Source: a virus (taxonomy: Duplodnaviria > Caudoviricetes). Taken from it: 31,919 bases of DNA. Location of the stretch: IMG/VR virus record IMGVR_UViG_3300033067_000395, positions 1 through 31,919 of that record; one strand, 5' to 3'. Position numbers and translations under genes: made by a program. Of the stretch, positions 18,313-25,345 are shown in pieces. The notes under the pieces were generated by a model. That model was not told the DNA's origin. It searched no databases and worked only from the letters and a program-made list of their open reading frames with translations. Position 1 is the stretch's first letter. The number at the start of each line of letters is the position of its first letter.

Positions 18313-18508
18313 AACTTTCTAATTCTTGTTTAACGTCTTCCCAAAATATTAATTCATTTGATTTTTCTAAATGTAAAGATGACCATTTATTTAATATTAA
18401 TAAAATCTCATCAACTGCTAATAAACAACATTGCTGGCAATTATATGCTCCAAATGTAAAATCTATATAAAATCTGTATAATTCTTTTGCTTTTTCTGTC
18501 GGTGTCAT
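18299..18508 (-). CDS. Hypothetical protein, paralog of 16413..16577
   Basis: MTPTEKAKELY...FTFGAYNC..CCL...W..VKQELE. Confidence 0.7.
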   Translation of the reverse strand: MTPTEKAKELYRFYIDFTFGAYNCQQCCLLAVDEILLILNKWSSLHLEKSNELIFWEDVKQELESYEIR

Positions 18509-18639
18509 CTTTTTAAATCGTATTTAATTGGTTTAACGTCTTTGTGTTTTTCTGCCAGTTCTTTTGCCTCTTCTCTAAGTCTTTTTTCCTGGTCAAAAAT
18601 TGTTTCATTTTTTGGTTTATTTTTTAGTTTACTTTTCAT
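18505..18639 (-). CDS. Small basic hypothetical protein (44 aa)
   Basis: Hand translation MKSKLKNKPKNETIFDQEKRLREEAKELAEKHKDVKPIKYDLKR; ATGA overlaps at both ends. Confidence 0.55.
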   Translation of the reverse strand: MKSKLKNKPKNETIFDQEKRLREEAKELAEKHKDVKPIKYDLKR

Positions 18640-19166
18640 AATTTTTCTTTAAGTTTTAATTTATAGGCATTTGAAGCCTCATCTATTGTTTTAAAAGTGC
18701 CTAATGAAATAATTTGTTTATTTATTATAATTTTAGATTGATATTTTTTTAAATCTTTTCTATAAAAAACACCAACTGGCAATCCACTTTTTTTAGTTCT
18801 TTCTTTTGACATATTTTCACGATGTGAAATAACTCTTAAGTTTTCTAAATTGTTATTTAAAGGATTACTATCAATATGATCAACAACATTTTCATAACCA
18901 TTAAATTTGTAATTTAAAAAAGCTGCTGCAACTAATTGATGAACTGTTTTAGTTCTTCTTTTTAAGCCTTTTATTTGTATCCCTAATTCTTTATATAAAG
19001 CTATTTTTAAATTATTAAAATTGACTTCGCCATATTTAATTTTAGAGGATCCCTTTCCATTACCATACCAATCGACTTTAATTTTTCTTACTTTTCCACA
19101 TTTTGTAACTTCAATGTTTGTTTCTAAGCCATTATACAAAACAGCTTTCCATTCTAATTTTTCCAT
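18636..19166 (-). CDS. Free-standing HNH homing endonuclease with C-terminal AP2-like domain
   Basis: VHQLVA.AF, VVDHIDSNPLNNNLENLR...EN and GV......Y...I......LG.F.T..EA..AY motifs. Confidence 0.9.
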   Translation of the reverse strand: MEKLEWKAVLYNGLETNIEVTKCGKVRKIKVDWYGNGKGSSKIKYGEVNFNNLKIALYKELGIQIKGLKRRTKTVHQLVAAAFLNYKFNGYENVVDHIDSNPLNNNLENLRVISHRENMSKERTKKSGLPVGVFYRKDLKKYQSKIIINKQIISLGTFKTIDEASNAYKLKLKEKL

Positions 19167-19262
19167 AAAATAAAAAGCAACGAATCAAAAGGTGGTAGTC
19201 TTTATCATCGTTGCAATTTTAAAAAATTTTTATTTTGGCTACCACTCCGATACGCAAATATA
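19167..19262 (-). ncRNA. Putative structured 5' leader (pseudoknot) with its own -7 promoter
   Basis: TATATTTG at 19262-19255; GUGGUAG is complementary to loop CUACCAC of the hairpin GCAACGA/UCGUUGC. Confidence 0.6.
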
Positions 19263-19283
19263 TAAAAAAAATAAATATAAATT

Positions 19284-19505
19284 TCAGCTTAATTTATTTG
19301 CCTTGCTTTGAACGATTATATATTGAAAACATACTTTGTCCTCAATTTGATTATCGTTCATTGTCCGTAATGTTTTAAGCCTCATTTCGAGCTTTGCTAT
19401 CTCAACGCAAAGGTTTCCTACATATTGAATTTTACATTCTTTTAAATATCGTTTGTAAAGTATCAATTGTTTTTCGATTCGGTTCATTTGGGTTTTGTTA
19501 TTCAT
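19284..19505 (-). CDS. Hypothetical protein
   Basis: Co-oriented ORF overlapping the upstream stop. Confidence 0.5.
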   Translation of the reverse strand: MNNKTQMNRIEKQLILYKRYLKECKIQYVGNLCVEIAKLEMRLKTLRTMNDNQIEDKVCFQYIIVQSKANKLS

Positions 19506-19830
19506 CCTCTAAATACATAAAAACTCGATTCTCTTCGATTTTGTTATTATTTATAAAATTGTAAATCTGTTGTTTTGAATATCCTGTTTCGTTTGCACAT
19601 TCGGCAACTGATTCGAATATTCTTTGGTCCTCAAGTCTTAAAACTTGTTTGTATTTCATTTCTCGCTTTGGGATGTAATAATTATTTTTTACTTTTTTAC
19701 CCTCTTTAATACATTTTAAAACTTCTATATCCATTTCGTTGTATTGTGAATGATGTTTGTTTAAAAGTCTGTGATTTTTAATTCCAGCCTCAGCAAATAT
19801 TTGGTTTATAATGGCATTACTCAGTTTCAT
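19498..19830 (-). CDS. Putative DNA-binding protein (NUMOD1/IENR1-like HTH)
   Basis: IFESVAECANETGYSKQQIYN motif. Confidence 0.55.
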   Translation of the reverse strand: MKLSNAIINQIFAEAGIKNHRLLNKHHSQYNEMDIEVLKCIKEGKKVKNNYYIPKREMKYKQVLRLEDQRIFESVAECANETGYSKQQIYNFINNNKIEENRVFMYLEDE

Positions 19831-19968
19831 AATTTAACTTTTATTTTGCTCTCTTAATTGTTTTTGAATTGATCTTATTTGATCATTTAATTTTTCGTCA
19901 TTTGAGCCTTTTAAATACAAGTTGTTTTGTTTTTTAAGTTCAGAATTACTTCCATATCTTACTTTTTT
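19817..19968 (-). pseudogene. Start-less open frame (frameshifted gene or frameshift extension)
   Basis: Frame ...ELKKQNNLYLKGSNDEKLNDQIRSIQKQLREQNKKLNYETE* fills the gap, but the nearby ATG (19955) is out of frame. Confidence 0.4.
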
Positions 19969-20228
19969 TTAAATTGTTTAATTGCTTCTACTGCAATAGA
20001 TTTCATTTTTACTACTGCTAAAAAATCATTACCTACATCACTAAATTGAGAAATTTTATTTAAAGCATCTACTAATTCTGAAACTTCCTCCTCACTATAA
20101 CCTTTCTGTTGCTTTTCTATTTCTTTGGCTTTTTCAACCATTAACTCAATTCCTCCAATTCCTATTGGAAAATACTCTCCAAGTTCTTGAATTAAAAAAT
20201 CTACTGCTGTTTGTTTTTTATTGCTCAT
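19959..20228 (-). CDS. Hypothetical modular protein
   Basis: MSNKKQTAV, AKEIEKQQ, YSEEEV and QFKKK modules. Confidence 0.7.
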   Translation of the reverse strand: MSNKKQTAVDFLIQELGEYFPIGIGGIELMVEKAKEIEKQQKGYSEEEVSELVDALNKISQFSDVGNDFLAVVKMKSIAVEAIKQFKKK

Positions 20229-20436
20229 AATTTATGTATTAAATGTTTCGTTGTAGTATTGTTCTGCATTATCATAATGTCTTTTATCTAAATTGGCAGC
20301 ATCAATAATCTGTTGCTTTTCTAATTCTTTGGCGTGGTTTATTTCTAAAGCAAACTCATTTAAAAATCTTGGTTCATCTTTAAATAATTCAATAAACCAT
20401 TCTACTGCTGTTTGTTTTTTATTGCTCATAATTTAT
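20200..20436. repeat. 36-bp exact direct repeat (20200-20235 and 20401-20436)
   Basis: TCTACTGCTGTTTGTTTTTTATTGCTCATAATTTAT occurs twice, covering the starts of two adjacent genes. Confidence 0.9.
20232..20429 (-). CDS. Hypothetical modular protein
   Basis: MSNKKQTAV and AKELEKQQII modules; ends AEQYYNETFNT. Confidence 0.7.
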   Translation of the reverse strand: MSNKKQTAVEWFIELFKDEPRFLNEFALEINHAKELEKQQIIDAANLDKRHYDNAEQYYNETFNT

Positions 20437-20676
20437 TTTTGATTCAAATATTTGGTAATAAGTTCTTTTTTGGTATTTTATCTGGCTAATAATAGCCTGA
20501 GCCTTTTCTGCTGAAAAAAGCCTAGCTTTTCCTTTTAATGCGTCTGGGAATATTTCAAGTCTGTGGATGCGTTCTTTTATCGATCCGTAACTTACTCCAC
20601 ACATTTCAGAAATTTCCATTGCAGTAAAGTAATTGTCCGTTGGTTTTGATTCTGTTTTGATTTCCTCTGTTTTCAT
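20419..20676 (-). CDS. HTH DNA-binding protein (MerR/excisionase-like; probable start MKTEEIK)
   Basis: YFTAMEISEMCGVSYGSIKERI helix-turn-helix; ATG 20676 preferred over the track's TTG. Confidence 0.55.
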   Translation of the reverse strand: MKTEEIKTESKPTDNYFTAMEISEMCGVSYGSIKERIHRLEIFPDALKGKARLFSAEKAQAIISQIKYQKRTYYQIFESKINYEQ

Positions 20677-20677
20677 T

Positions 20678-20761
20678 TTAAAAATGTTTATATGTAACGT
20701 TTTTGTTATTGCCAAATAAAAATTTGCTTACAATGTCGATAAATTTTTCAAGTGTTTTCAT
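20678..20761 (-). CDS. Very small hypothetical peptide (27 aa)
   Basis: MKTLEKFIDIVSKFLFGNNKNVTYKHF fills the gap between neighbouring genes. Confidence 0.4.
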   Translation of the reverse strand: MKTLEKFIDIVSKFLFGNNKNVTYKHF

Positions 20762-20763
20762 AA

Positions 20764-21468
20764 TTATTTTATTGTTTGTCTTTTTGCTTTTAATTCCCTA
20801 AGATAAGGTTTCTTTTGTTCGTCTTCGCTCCAGGCCTGTATTAAGTCCTCAAGCTCTAATCTATTTATCCCCTCTGTAATTTTGTCGATGTAAATTAAAA
20901 CTCGGTCCCGAAAAGAATTGTTAGGCTTTATTTTTTCGTATGATTTCTTAACGTCATCAATTGAGATTGTGCTTTCGGTTATTGTTTTTTTGTTTTTGAT
21001 ATATTCTCGCTCTCTGGCTTCGGCTTTCATTTCCATATACATCGGAAACCACTCTCCAAAAATTAAATTGCTGTCAACCCCTCTTTTTGTAGTCCCAAAT
21101 GTTCCGGACCTTGCCAATTTAAAAAATAAAACAATATCCTCAAGGCTATCGTAAGCAAATTTTTGTAAAGTATCAATTGTCAATATTTCTAATTGTGTTT
21201 CGCTTAACTTAGTACTAAATCCAAAAGAATCAATAAATCGGTTTACTAAAACTTTTACAACAGCATAACCAACTTTTCCATTTTCATTTTTAAAAATACC
21301 TCTTATAACTGGTTTATATAAAGTTTCGTTAATTGTTAAGTCCATTTCTAAAACTGAAAGGCTAACTGATCCAGATACTATACTTTTAGCTAAATCTAAA
21401 GTTTTTTGCTGTATCTGATAAGACTGCGTCTTCAAATATTTCTCTGGTTGTTCGTTCTTGTTTTCCAT
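20764..21468 (-). CDS. Replication-associated protein (possible helicase loader)
   Basis: Overlaps and follows the initiator, in the lambda P position; no ATPase motif seen. Positional call only. Confidence 0.4.
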   Translation of the reverse strand: MENKNEQPEKYLKTQSYQIQQKTLDLAKSIVSGSVSLSVLEMDLTINETLYKPVIRGIFKNENGKVGYAVVKVLVNRFIDSFGFSTKLSETQLEILTIDTLQKFAYDSLEDIVLFFKLARSGTFGTTKRGVDSNLIFGEWFPMYMEMKAEAREREYIKNKKTITESTISIDDVKKSYEKIKPNNSFRDRVLIYIDKITEGINRLELEDLIQAWSEDEQKKPYLRELKAKRQTIK

Positions 21469-22168
21469 TGTTAAAAGTATTTGATTGTTTTAAATTATCA
21501 ATCCAGCTCCATTTGAATCCGGACCAGCTTTTTTCAACACAAATTTCTAAAACTTCATTTATGTTGCAAGTTCTTTGTTCTAATTCAGCAATAAAATTTT
21601 TAAATGCCGTTTCTGTATTTGTTGCTTTTTTTGTTTTTCGTACTTTAAGCCAATCCTCAACTAATTGCCTTTCAAATCCATAATCTAATAAACTACCTAA
21701 AAAAGAGAATTTAGGCGAAGCCGGTAAACTTTCATTTTTTATTATTTCATTTTCTATTATTTCCTCTTTTATTATATTATATTCTCTTATGCCTTTTGAT
21801 TCGCTTTCAATTTGGTTTTGATTCGCTTTTATTTCGGTTTCTGTTTGCTTTTTAGGTCTTCCTCCTTTTGCACCGTTTAAGCTATTAACTGAGCTTTTGT
21901 TTGTTGCATTAAAGTATTGATTATCTAAGAACTTAATAACAATTTTGTCGTCTTGTAAATCAATAATTCCCTCGTTTAAAAGTTCGTCAAACTCTTCCTT
22001 GTAATTAAACCTTTTTAAAAATTGAATTTTAGATAAATCGCATTGCCTTTGCCAATAGTAAGAGCAAATGTTAATAAATAGTCCCTGAGCCGATAAAGTA
22101 CAAAATGAAATATCTTTTGTGAGATATTCAGCTGGCTCAAATTGAAAATAAGGTAATTCCTTTGCCAT
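21386..22168 (-). CDS. Replication initiator (YdaU/DUF1376-like N-terminus, lambda O analog)
   Basis: LPYFQF...EYL......LSAQGLFI..., NGAKGGRP and a C-terminal W...RK.KK domain; internal iteron-like repeats. Confidence 0.7.
   Translation of the reverse strand: MAKELPYFQFEPAEYLTKDISFCTLSAQGLFINICSYYWQRQCDLSKIQFLKRFNYKEEFDELLNEGIIDLQDDKIVIKFLDNQYFNATNKSSVNSLNGAKGGRPKKQTETEIKANQNQIESESKGIREYNIIKEEIIENEIIKNESLPASPKFSFLGSLLDYGFERQLVEDWLKVRKTKKATNTETAFKNFIAELEQRTCNINEVLEICVEKSWSGFKWSWIDNLKQSNTFNNGKQERTTREIFEDAVLSDTAKNFRFS
21733..21851. repeat. Putative replication origin: iteron-like repeats plus AT-rich tract
   Basis: TTTTGATTCGCTTT at 21794 and 21816, degenerate copy at 21838 (22-bp period); strand-skewed AT-rich tract at 21733-21790. 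Confidence 0.5.
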
Positions 22169-22295
22169 TGTAAAATTATTTTATTAAAACATAAACGGTT
22201 ATAAATCCAAACGCTTCTCACTTCGTTTTTCATTATAACCGTTGTTTAATATCTTTAGTTTGGTAATGTGAGAAGCCAACCACGAGCCAAATGTA
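22169..22295 (-). ncRNA. Putative structured 5' leader (pseudoknot) with its own -7 promoter
   Basis: TACATTTG at 22295-22288; GCUUCUCAC is complementary to loop GUGAGAAGC of the hairpin AACGGUUAUAA/UUAUAACCGUU. Confidence 0.65.
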
Positions 22296-22326
22296 AAAAT
22301 TTTATTTTAATTAAAAAAACTTTTAC

Positions 22327-22482
22327 TTAATTAAATTGTGAAAATCCTATTTTATAAGGAATGTAAATAAAACCTTTTTTACGCTTAGTTCTATGAAATA
22401 TAAGCCAACTATCCTGAGTCATTATTTTTTTTACTATTTCGCCTGTATTCGTGTTTATTGCAATGATTTCAATTTCATTCAT
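22327..22482 (-). CDS. Small hypothetical protein (51 aa)
   Basis: Hand translation MNEIEIIAINTNTGEIVKKIMTQDSWLIFHRTKRKKGFIYIPYKIGFSQFN; TAATG coupling to the upstream gene. Confidence 0.6.
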   Translation of the reverse strand: MNEIEIIAINTNTGEIVKKIMTQDSWLIFHRTKRKKGFIYIPYKIGFSQFN

Positions 22483-23027
22483 TATTTAAACTCTTTGCAT
22501 TTAATATCATATTGCAATTTTTTTGCAATTAGTTCCTCTCTTGTATATTTGTAATTTCTTTTTTGATCCGATTCAGACTCTAATTTTTTTACAAATTCAG
22601 TTCCAAATCTTTTAATTAATCCTTTGCGATATTCCAATAAATTTCCAGATAAATATTTGTTGCAGTGAGTATTGCATTGTTTATGGCAATTCCTTTCGTC
22701 AAACATTAATCCTGAGTACATTCCGGCCGAAAAATAATGACCTCCAGCCCAATCGTTTGTATTTGAGTTATTGCAACTAATACAAGGTAAATCTTTATCC
22801 CTTAGCCTAACATATCTTTGAAATGATTTCTTAGCTTCGGCTTCTAAGTCTGAAAGTGTTTTTAGCTTTTCTTTTAAAATACTTTTTTCCTTTTTAGCCT
22901 TATTTGCTTTCAATTTATTTGTGTAATCAATTGCGCATTTTGGCGAGCAAACTGGTACCAAAGGACGGTTTGGAGTAAATACTTCGTTACAAACTTTGCA
23001 TCTACGAGCTTTAATTTTATATTCCAT
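22482..23027 (-). CDS. ninG: NinG/Rap-family recombination endonuclease
   Basis: CKVC...F.P....VCSPKCA, F..YVRLRD..LPCISC, AGGHY, FDERN.H.QC...CN..LSGN and Y...L..R.G motifs. Confidence 0.88.
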   Translation of the reverse strand: MEYKIKARRCKVCNEVFTPNRPLVPVCSPKCAIDYTNKLKANKAKKEKSILKEKLKTLSDLEAEAKKSFQRYVRLRDKDLPCISCNNSNTNDWAGGHYFSAGMYSGLMFDERNCHKQCNTHCNKYLSGNLLEYRKGLIKRFGTEFVKKLESESDQKRNYKYTREELIAKKLQYDIKCKEFK

Positions 23028-23545
23028 TAAAATAAAGTTTGTAATTTTCTTTCAACTGTACATATTGTATCGTTATGACTTCCACCATGAGCAACTAATA
23101 ATATTTCAATAAGCTCCATATTTCTTTTAATACCAACTCCTGAGCTATTCCAACCAAAACAAATAACTATTCCGTTTGGTTTTAAAACTCTTGAAATTTC
23201 GTTTATATGTTTAGTCCTCCAACTGCTTTGAGTAGTTTCCATAGTAACCTCAATTCCTACATTTTTATAACATTCACTAACTTGCCTTAATGAATAAGGT
23301 GGATCGTAAAATACAAAATCAATTGAATTATCATCAAATTTTTTTAAAAAATCAACAGCATCCAAATTAAAGTTAGTATTATAATCTGGATTCAAATCAT
23401 TAGTAATTTTTGCTAATTTACTTTTATTTGCAAAAGGGTCAATACTTAACATTTCTTTATTATAATATTTATGTATTAATTTTTGAATACATTTAATATC
23501 AAATGTGTTATGATTAGGCATTTCCCAAACTCTATTAAATTTCAT
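23027..23545 (-). CDS. Compact adenine-specific (N6/N4) DNA methyltransferase
   Basis: IDPFA SAM-binding motif, DA.DFL, catalytic DPPY and RVLKPNG. Confidence 0.8.
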   Translation of the reverse strand: MKFNRVWEMPNHNTFDIKCIQKLIHKYYNKEMLSIDPFANKSKLAKITNDLNPDYNTNFNLDAVDFLKKFDDNSIDFVFYDPPYSLRQVSECYKNVGIEVTMETTQSSWRTKHINEISRVLKPNGIVICFGWNSSGVGIKRNMELIEILLVAHGGSHNDTICTVERKLQTLF

Positions 23546-23549
23546 ATTT

Positions 23550-23699
23550 TTATTTTTTTAATTTTAAAATTAAATCCTCATTTGGTAAATATCTAAAATA
23601 AAAAGACCATAATAAAAAATAAATTGAATAATCTATTTTTAAAGTACAAAATTCATATGTAGATAATAAAATACATATTATTGATAAAATTTTTTTCAT
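23550..23699 (-). CDS. Small hydrophobic hypothetical protein (49 aa)
   Basis: MKKILSIICILLSTYEFCTLKIDYSIYFLLWSFYFRYLPNEDLILKLKK; ATGA-coupled to the upstream gene. Confidence 0.5.
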   Translation of the reverse strand: MKKILSIICILLSTYEFCTLKIDYSIYFLLWSFYFRYLPNEDLILKLKK

Positions 23700-24127
23700 A
23701 AATTTAAAGTTAAATCCTCGTTTGGTAATGGTACCTCAACAGAAAACCATTCTTTTAAAAACTCTCTAATTTGAGAGTGATACTCTTCCTGTTCCGTTGT
23801 TGTGTTTTCTGTTGTGCTTTTTGGTACATTAATAACCTCTCCTGTTTTTTCGTTTACAATCTCAATCGTATTAAATTGCATCTTATAAAAGTCGTGTACT
23901 TTTTCGCTGCTCCAAACCTCGCCCCATTCTATTTTAATGGCTTGTTTTGTTATTGGTACAATAATACCCCAGTAATATGAATTTTGATTGTTAGAACGTT
24001 TCTTTTTTGGTTTCTCAAAAGTAATTAAAACATCACGTCCCTCAAAACTTTTAATCGTTTCTAAAATTTCGGATCTATTCCTTTTTAAATTTCCGTTTAT
24101 TACGTTTGATGTTATTTGTACTTTCAT
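23696..24127 (-). CDS. NinB/YbcN-like recombination protein
   Basis: KRSNNQNSYYWG, VH...K..F, STT and C-terminal LP motifs; ATG 24127 preferred over the track's TTG. Confidence 0.6.
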   Translation of the reverse strand: MKVQITSNVINGNLKRNRSEILETIKSFEGRDVLITFEKPKKKRSNNQNSYYWGIIVPITKQAIKIEWGEVWSSEKVHDFYKMQFNTIEIVNEKTGEVINVPKSTTENTTTEQEEYHSQIREFLKEWFSVEVPLPNEDLTLNL

Positions 24128-24131
24128 AAGC

Positions 24132-24167
24132 AAAAAAAAATGGAGCCGAGATATCCCTTATCGGCTC
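24132..24167 (-). terminator. Intrinsic terminator after the SSB-like gene
   Basis: GAGCCGA...TCGGCTC stem followed by a 9-T tract. Confidence 0.8.
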
Positions 24168-24175
24168 AAAATTAA

Positions 24176-24814
24176 TTAAAAAGGTAAATCGTCTTGAGGC
24201 TCTGAACTAACTACCTCAGCATCATAGACCGGAGTCTCGTTTGCGACAGTAGTTGCGTGAATATACTCAAAACTTGTAACCATTTTTTGGCGTAAAAACT
24301 CTGGTATCTTATTAAATTTTTCTTGGTCAAAATTTTCGTAAGTCCAAACATAACTCGGATTAATTTGTGCCGGACATTCTAAACCTTTTGGAAGTTTTGA
24401 AACGCTTCCGATTTCTGCGTATGTTTTGGTACCGTCTTTAGATTTTTTATGTGTAATATTTAACATGCAAGGCGCTCCTATAAGTTTCTCTATATCGAAA
24501 CTTTTAGCCTCTTCATCTGTAAAGTCTTGACCTCTCCAGTTTTTTAAGAAACTTCTCAAAGTTGCCTTTTCGTGTAATGATAAAGTAAACTCCTTAGAAA
24601 TTACATGAGGTTGCTCTCCGTTCTCTTCTTTAAATACTTTTAACTCAGTTGGAAGCTCAAAAGTGATTCTAACTTTGTTCATTGTTTTAATTTCTCCTTG
24701 AAAGTTTTCGTCAATAGTTCCGATGTGAATCATTGAGTAACATCTCGCTGGGTAACTTCCGGCTTCGATTGGTTGAATTGTTGAGCCTCCTGTGTTTGTT
24801 GCTAAAATTGCCAT
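24176..24814 (-). CDS. Single-stranded DNA-binding protein (phage type)
   Basis: G.YPARC, L.G.PC.LNI.H and acidic C-terminus DDLPF. Confidence 0.7.
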   Translation of the reverse strand: MAILATNTGGSTIQPIEAGSYPARCYSMIHIGTIDENFQGEIKTMNKVRITFELPTELKVFKEENGEQPHVISKEFTLSLHEKATLRSFLKNWRGQDFTDEEAKSFDIEKLIGAPCMLNITHKKSKDGTKTYAEIGSVSKLPKGLECPAQINPSYVWTYENFDQEKFNKIPEFLRQKMVTSFEYIHATTVANETPVYDAEVVSSEPQDDLPF

Positions 24815-24833
24815 TTGATTTTAATTTAATTGG

Positions 24834-25277
24834 TTAATATGTAATTGATAAACTTGATTTTCTGTTTGTTGTGCTTACTTTTGGTATTTCAATACCCTCT
24901 GAGTCGTAAATTGTATTATCTGATTTTAAAGCTACTTTTAGTAATTCTTCTCTGTCTTTTAATTGCTTTTGCAAATCCGAATAAATTGGATCCTCTGAAT
25001 AGTTTAAGCTTTCGCCTCCATTTCTGAAAGTACCCTTAATTCCAAAAGCTTCAAAATTCTCTTGTCCTAAGCTTTCTTTTAATTCAGCTTCAATAATTGA
25101 TAAAGCCTCTTTAAGTCTTAAAGCTTGAGCATAAACCTCAACTTTATTAACTTCTCCGGCATCCAATAAATCGGCTACAAATTTCTTACTGGTAATTTGG
25201 ATTTCTTTTTTTGATGGAAGGAAATTAGTAGTTTGTAATTCCTGCTCTCGCATCAATTCGAATAATTGTTTTGACAT
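24834..25277 (-). CDS. Hypothetical recombination-module protein
   Basis: Coiled-coil ORF directly upstream of SSB, with its own promoter. Confidence 0.55.
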   Translation of the reverse strand: MSKQLFELMREQELQTTNFLPSKKEIQITSKKFVADLLDAGEVNKVEVYAQALRLKEALSIIEAELKESLGQENFEAFGIKGTFRNGGESLNYSEDPIYSDLQKQLKDREELLKVALKSDNTIYDSEGIEIPKVSTTNRKSSLSITY

Positions 25278-25302
25278 GATTTTTGATTTTGATTTTGATA
25301 AA

Positions 25303-25330
25303 CAAATTTAAAAAATATTTTTTAATTAAA
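25303..25330 (-). promoter_or_regulatory. Promoter related to the repeated early promoter
   Basis: TAAATTTG at 25310-25303 with shared spacer TAATTAAAAAATAT; lacks the -33 TTTG. Confidence 0.55.
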
Positions 25331-25345
25331 AAAATAAAAAGGTAA

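Noticed and set aside
19177-19214. SECIS-like AUGA/GA quartet in the leader hairpins
   Set aside because: The helix above the quartet is only 4-5 bp, the element is 5' of genes, and no in-frame UGA selenoprotein is evident; treated as a generic tandem-GA motif.
18636-19262. RNA-guided nuclease (IscB/HEARO-like) interpretation of HNH plus upstream RNA
   Set aside because: The protein is 176 aa with no RuvC motifs and has its own AP2-like DNA-binding domain; the same RNA fold precedes a non-nuclease gene.
22015-22233. 72-aa ORF overlapping the initiator start
   Set aside because: Not called as a protein gene: it starts inside the leader hairpin and overlaps the initiator out of frame; at most a regulatory upstream ORF.
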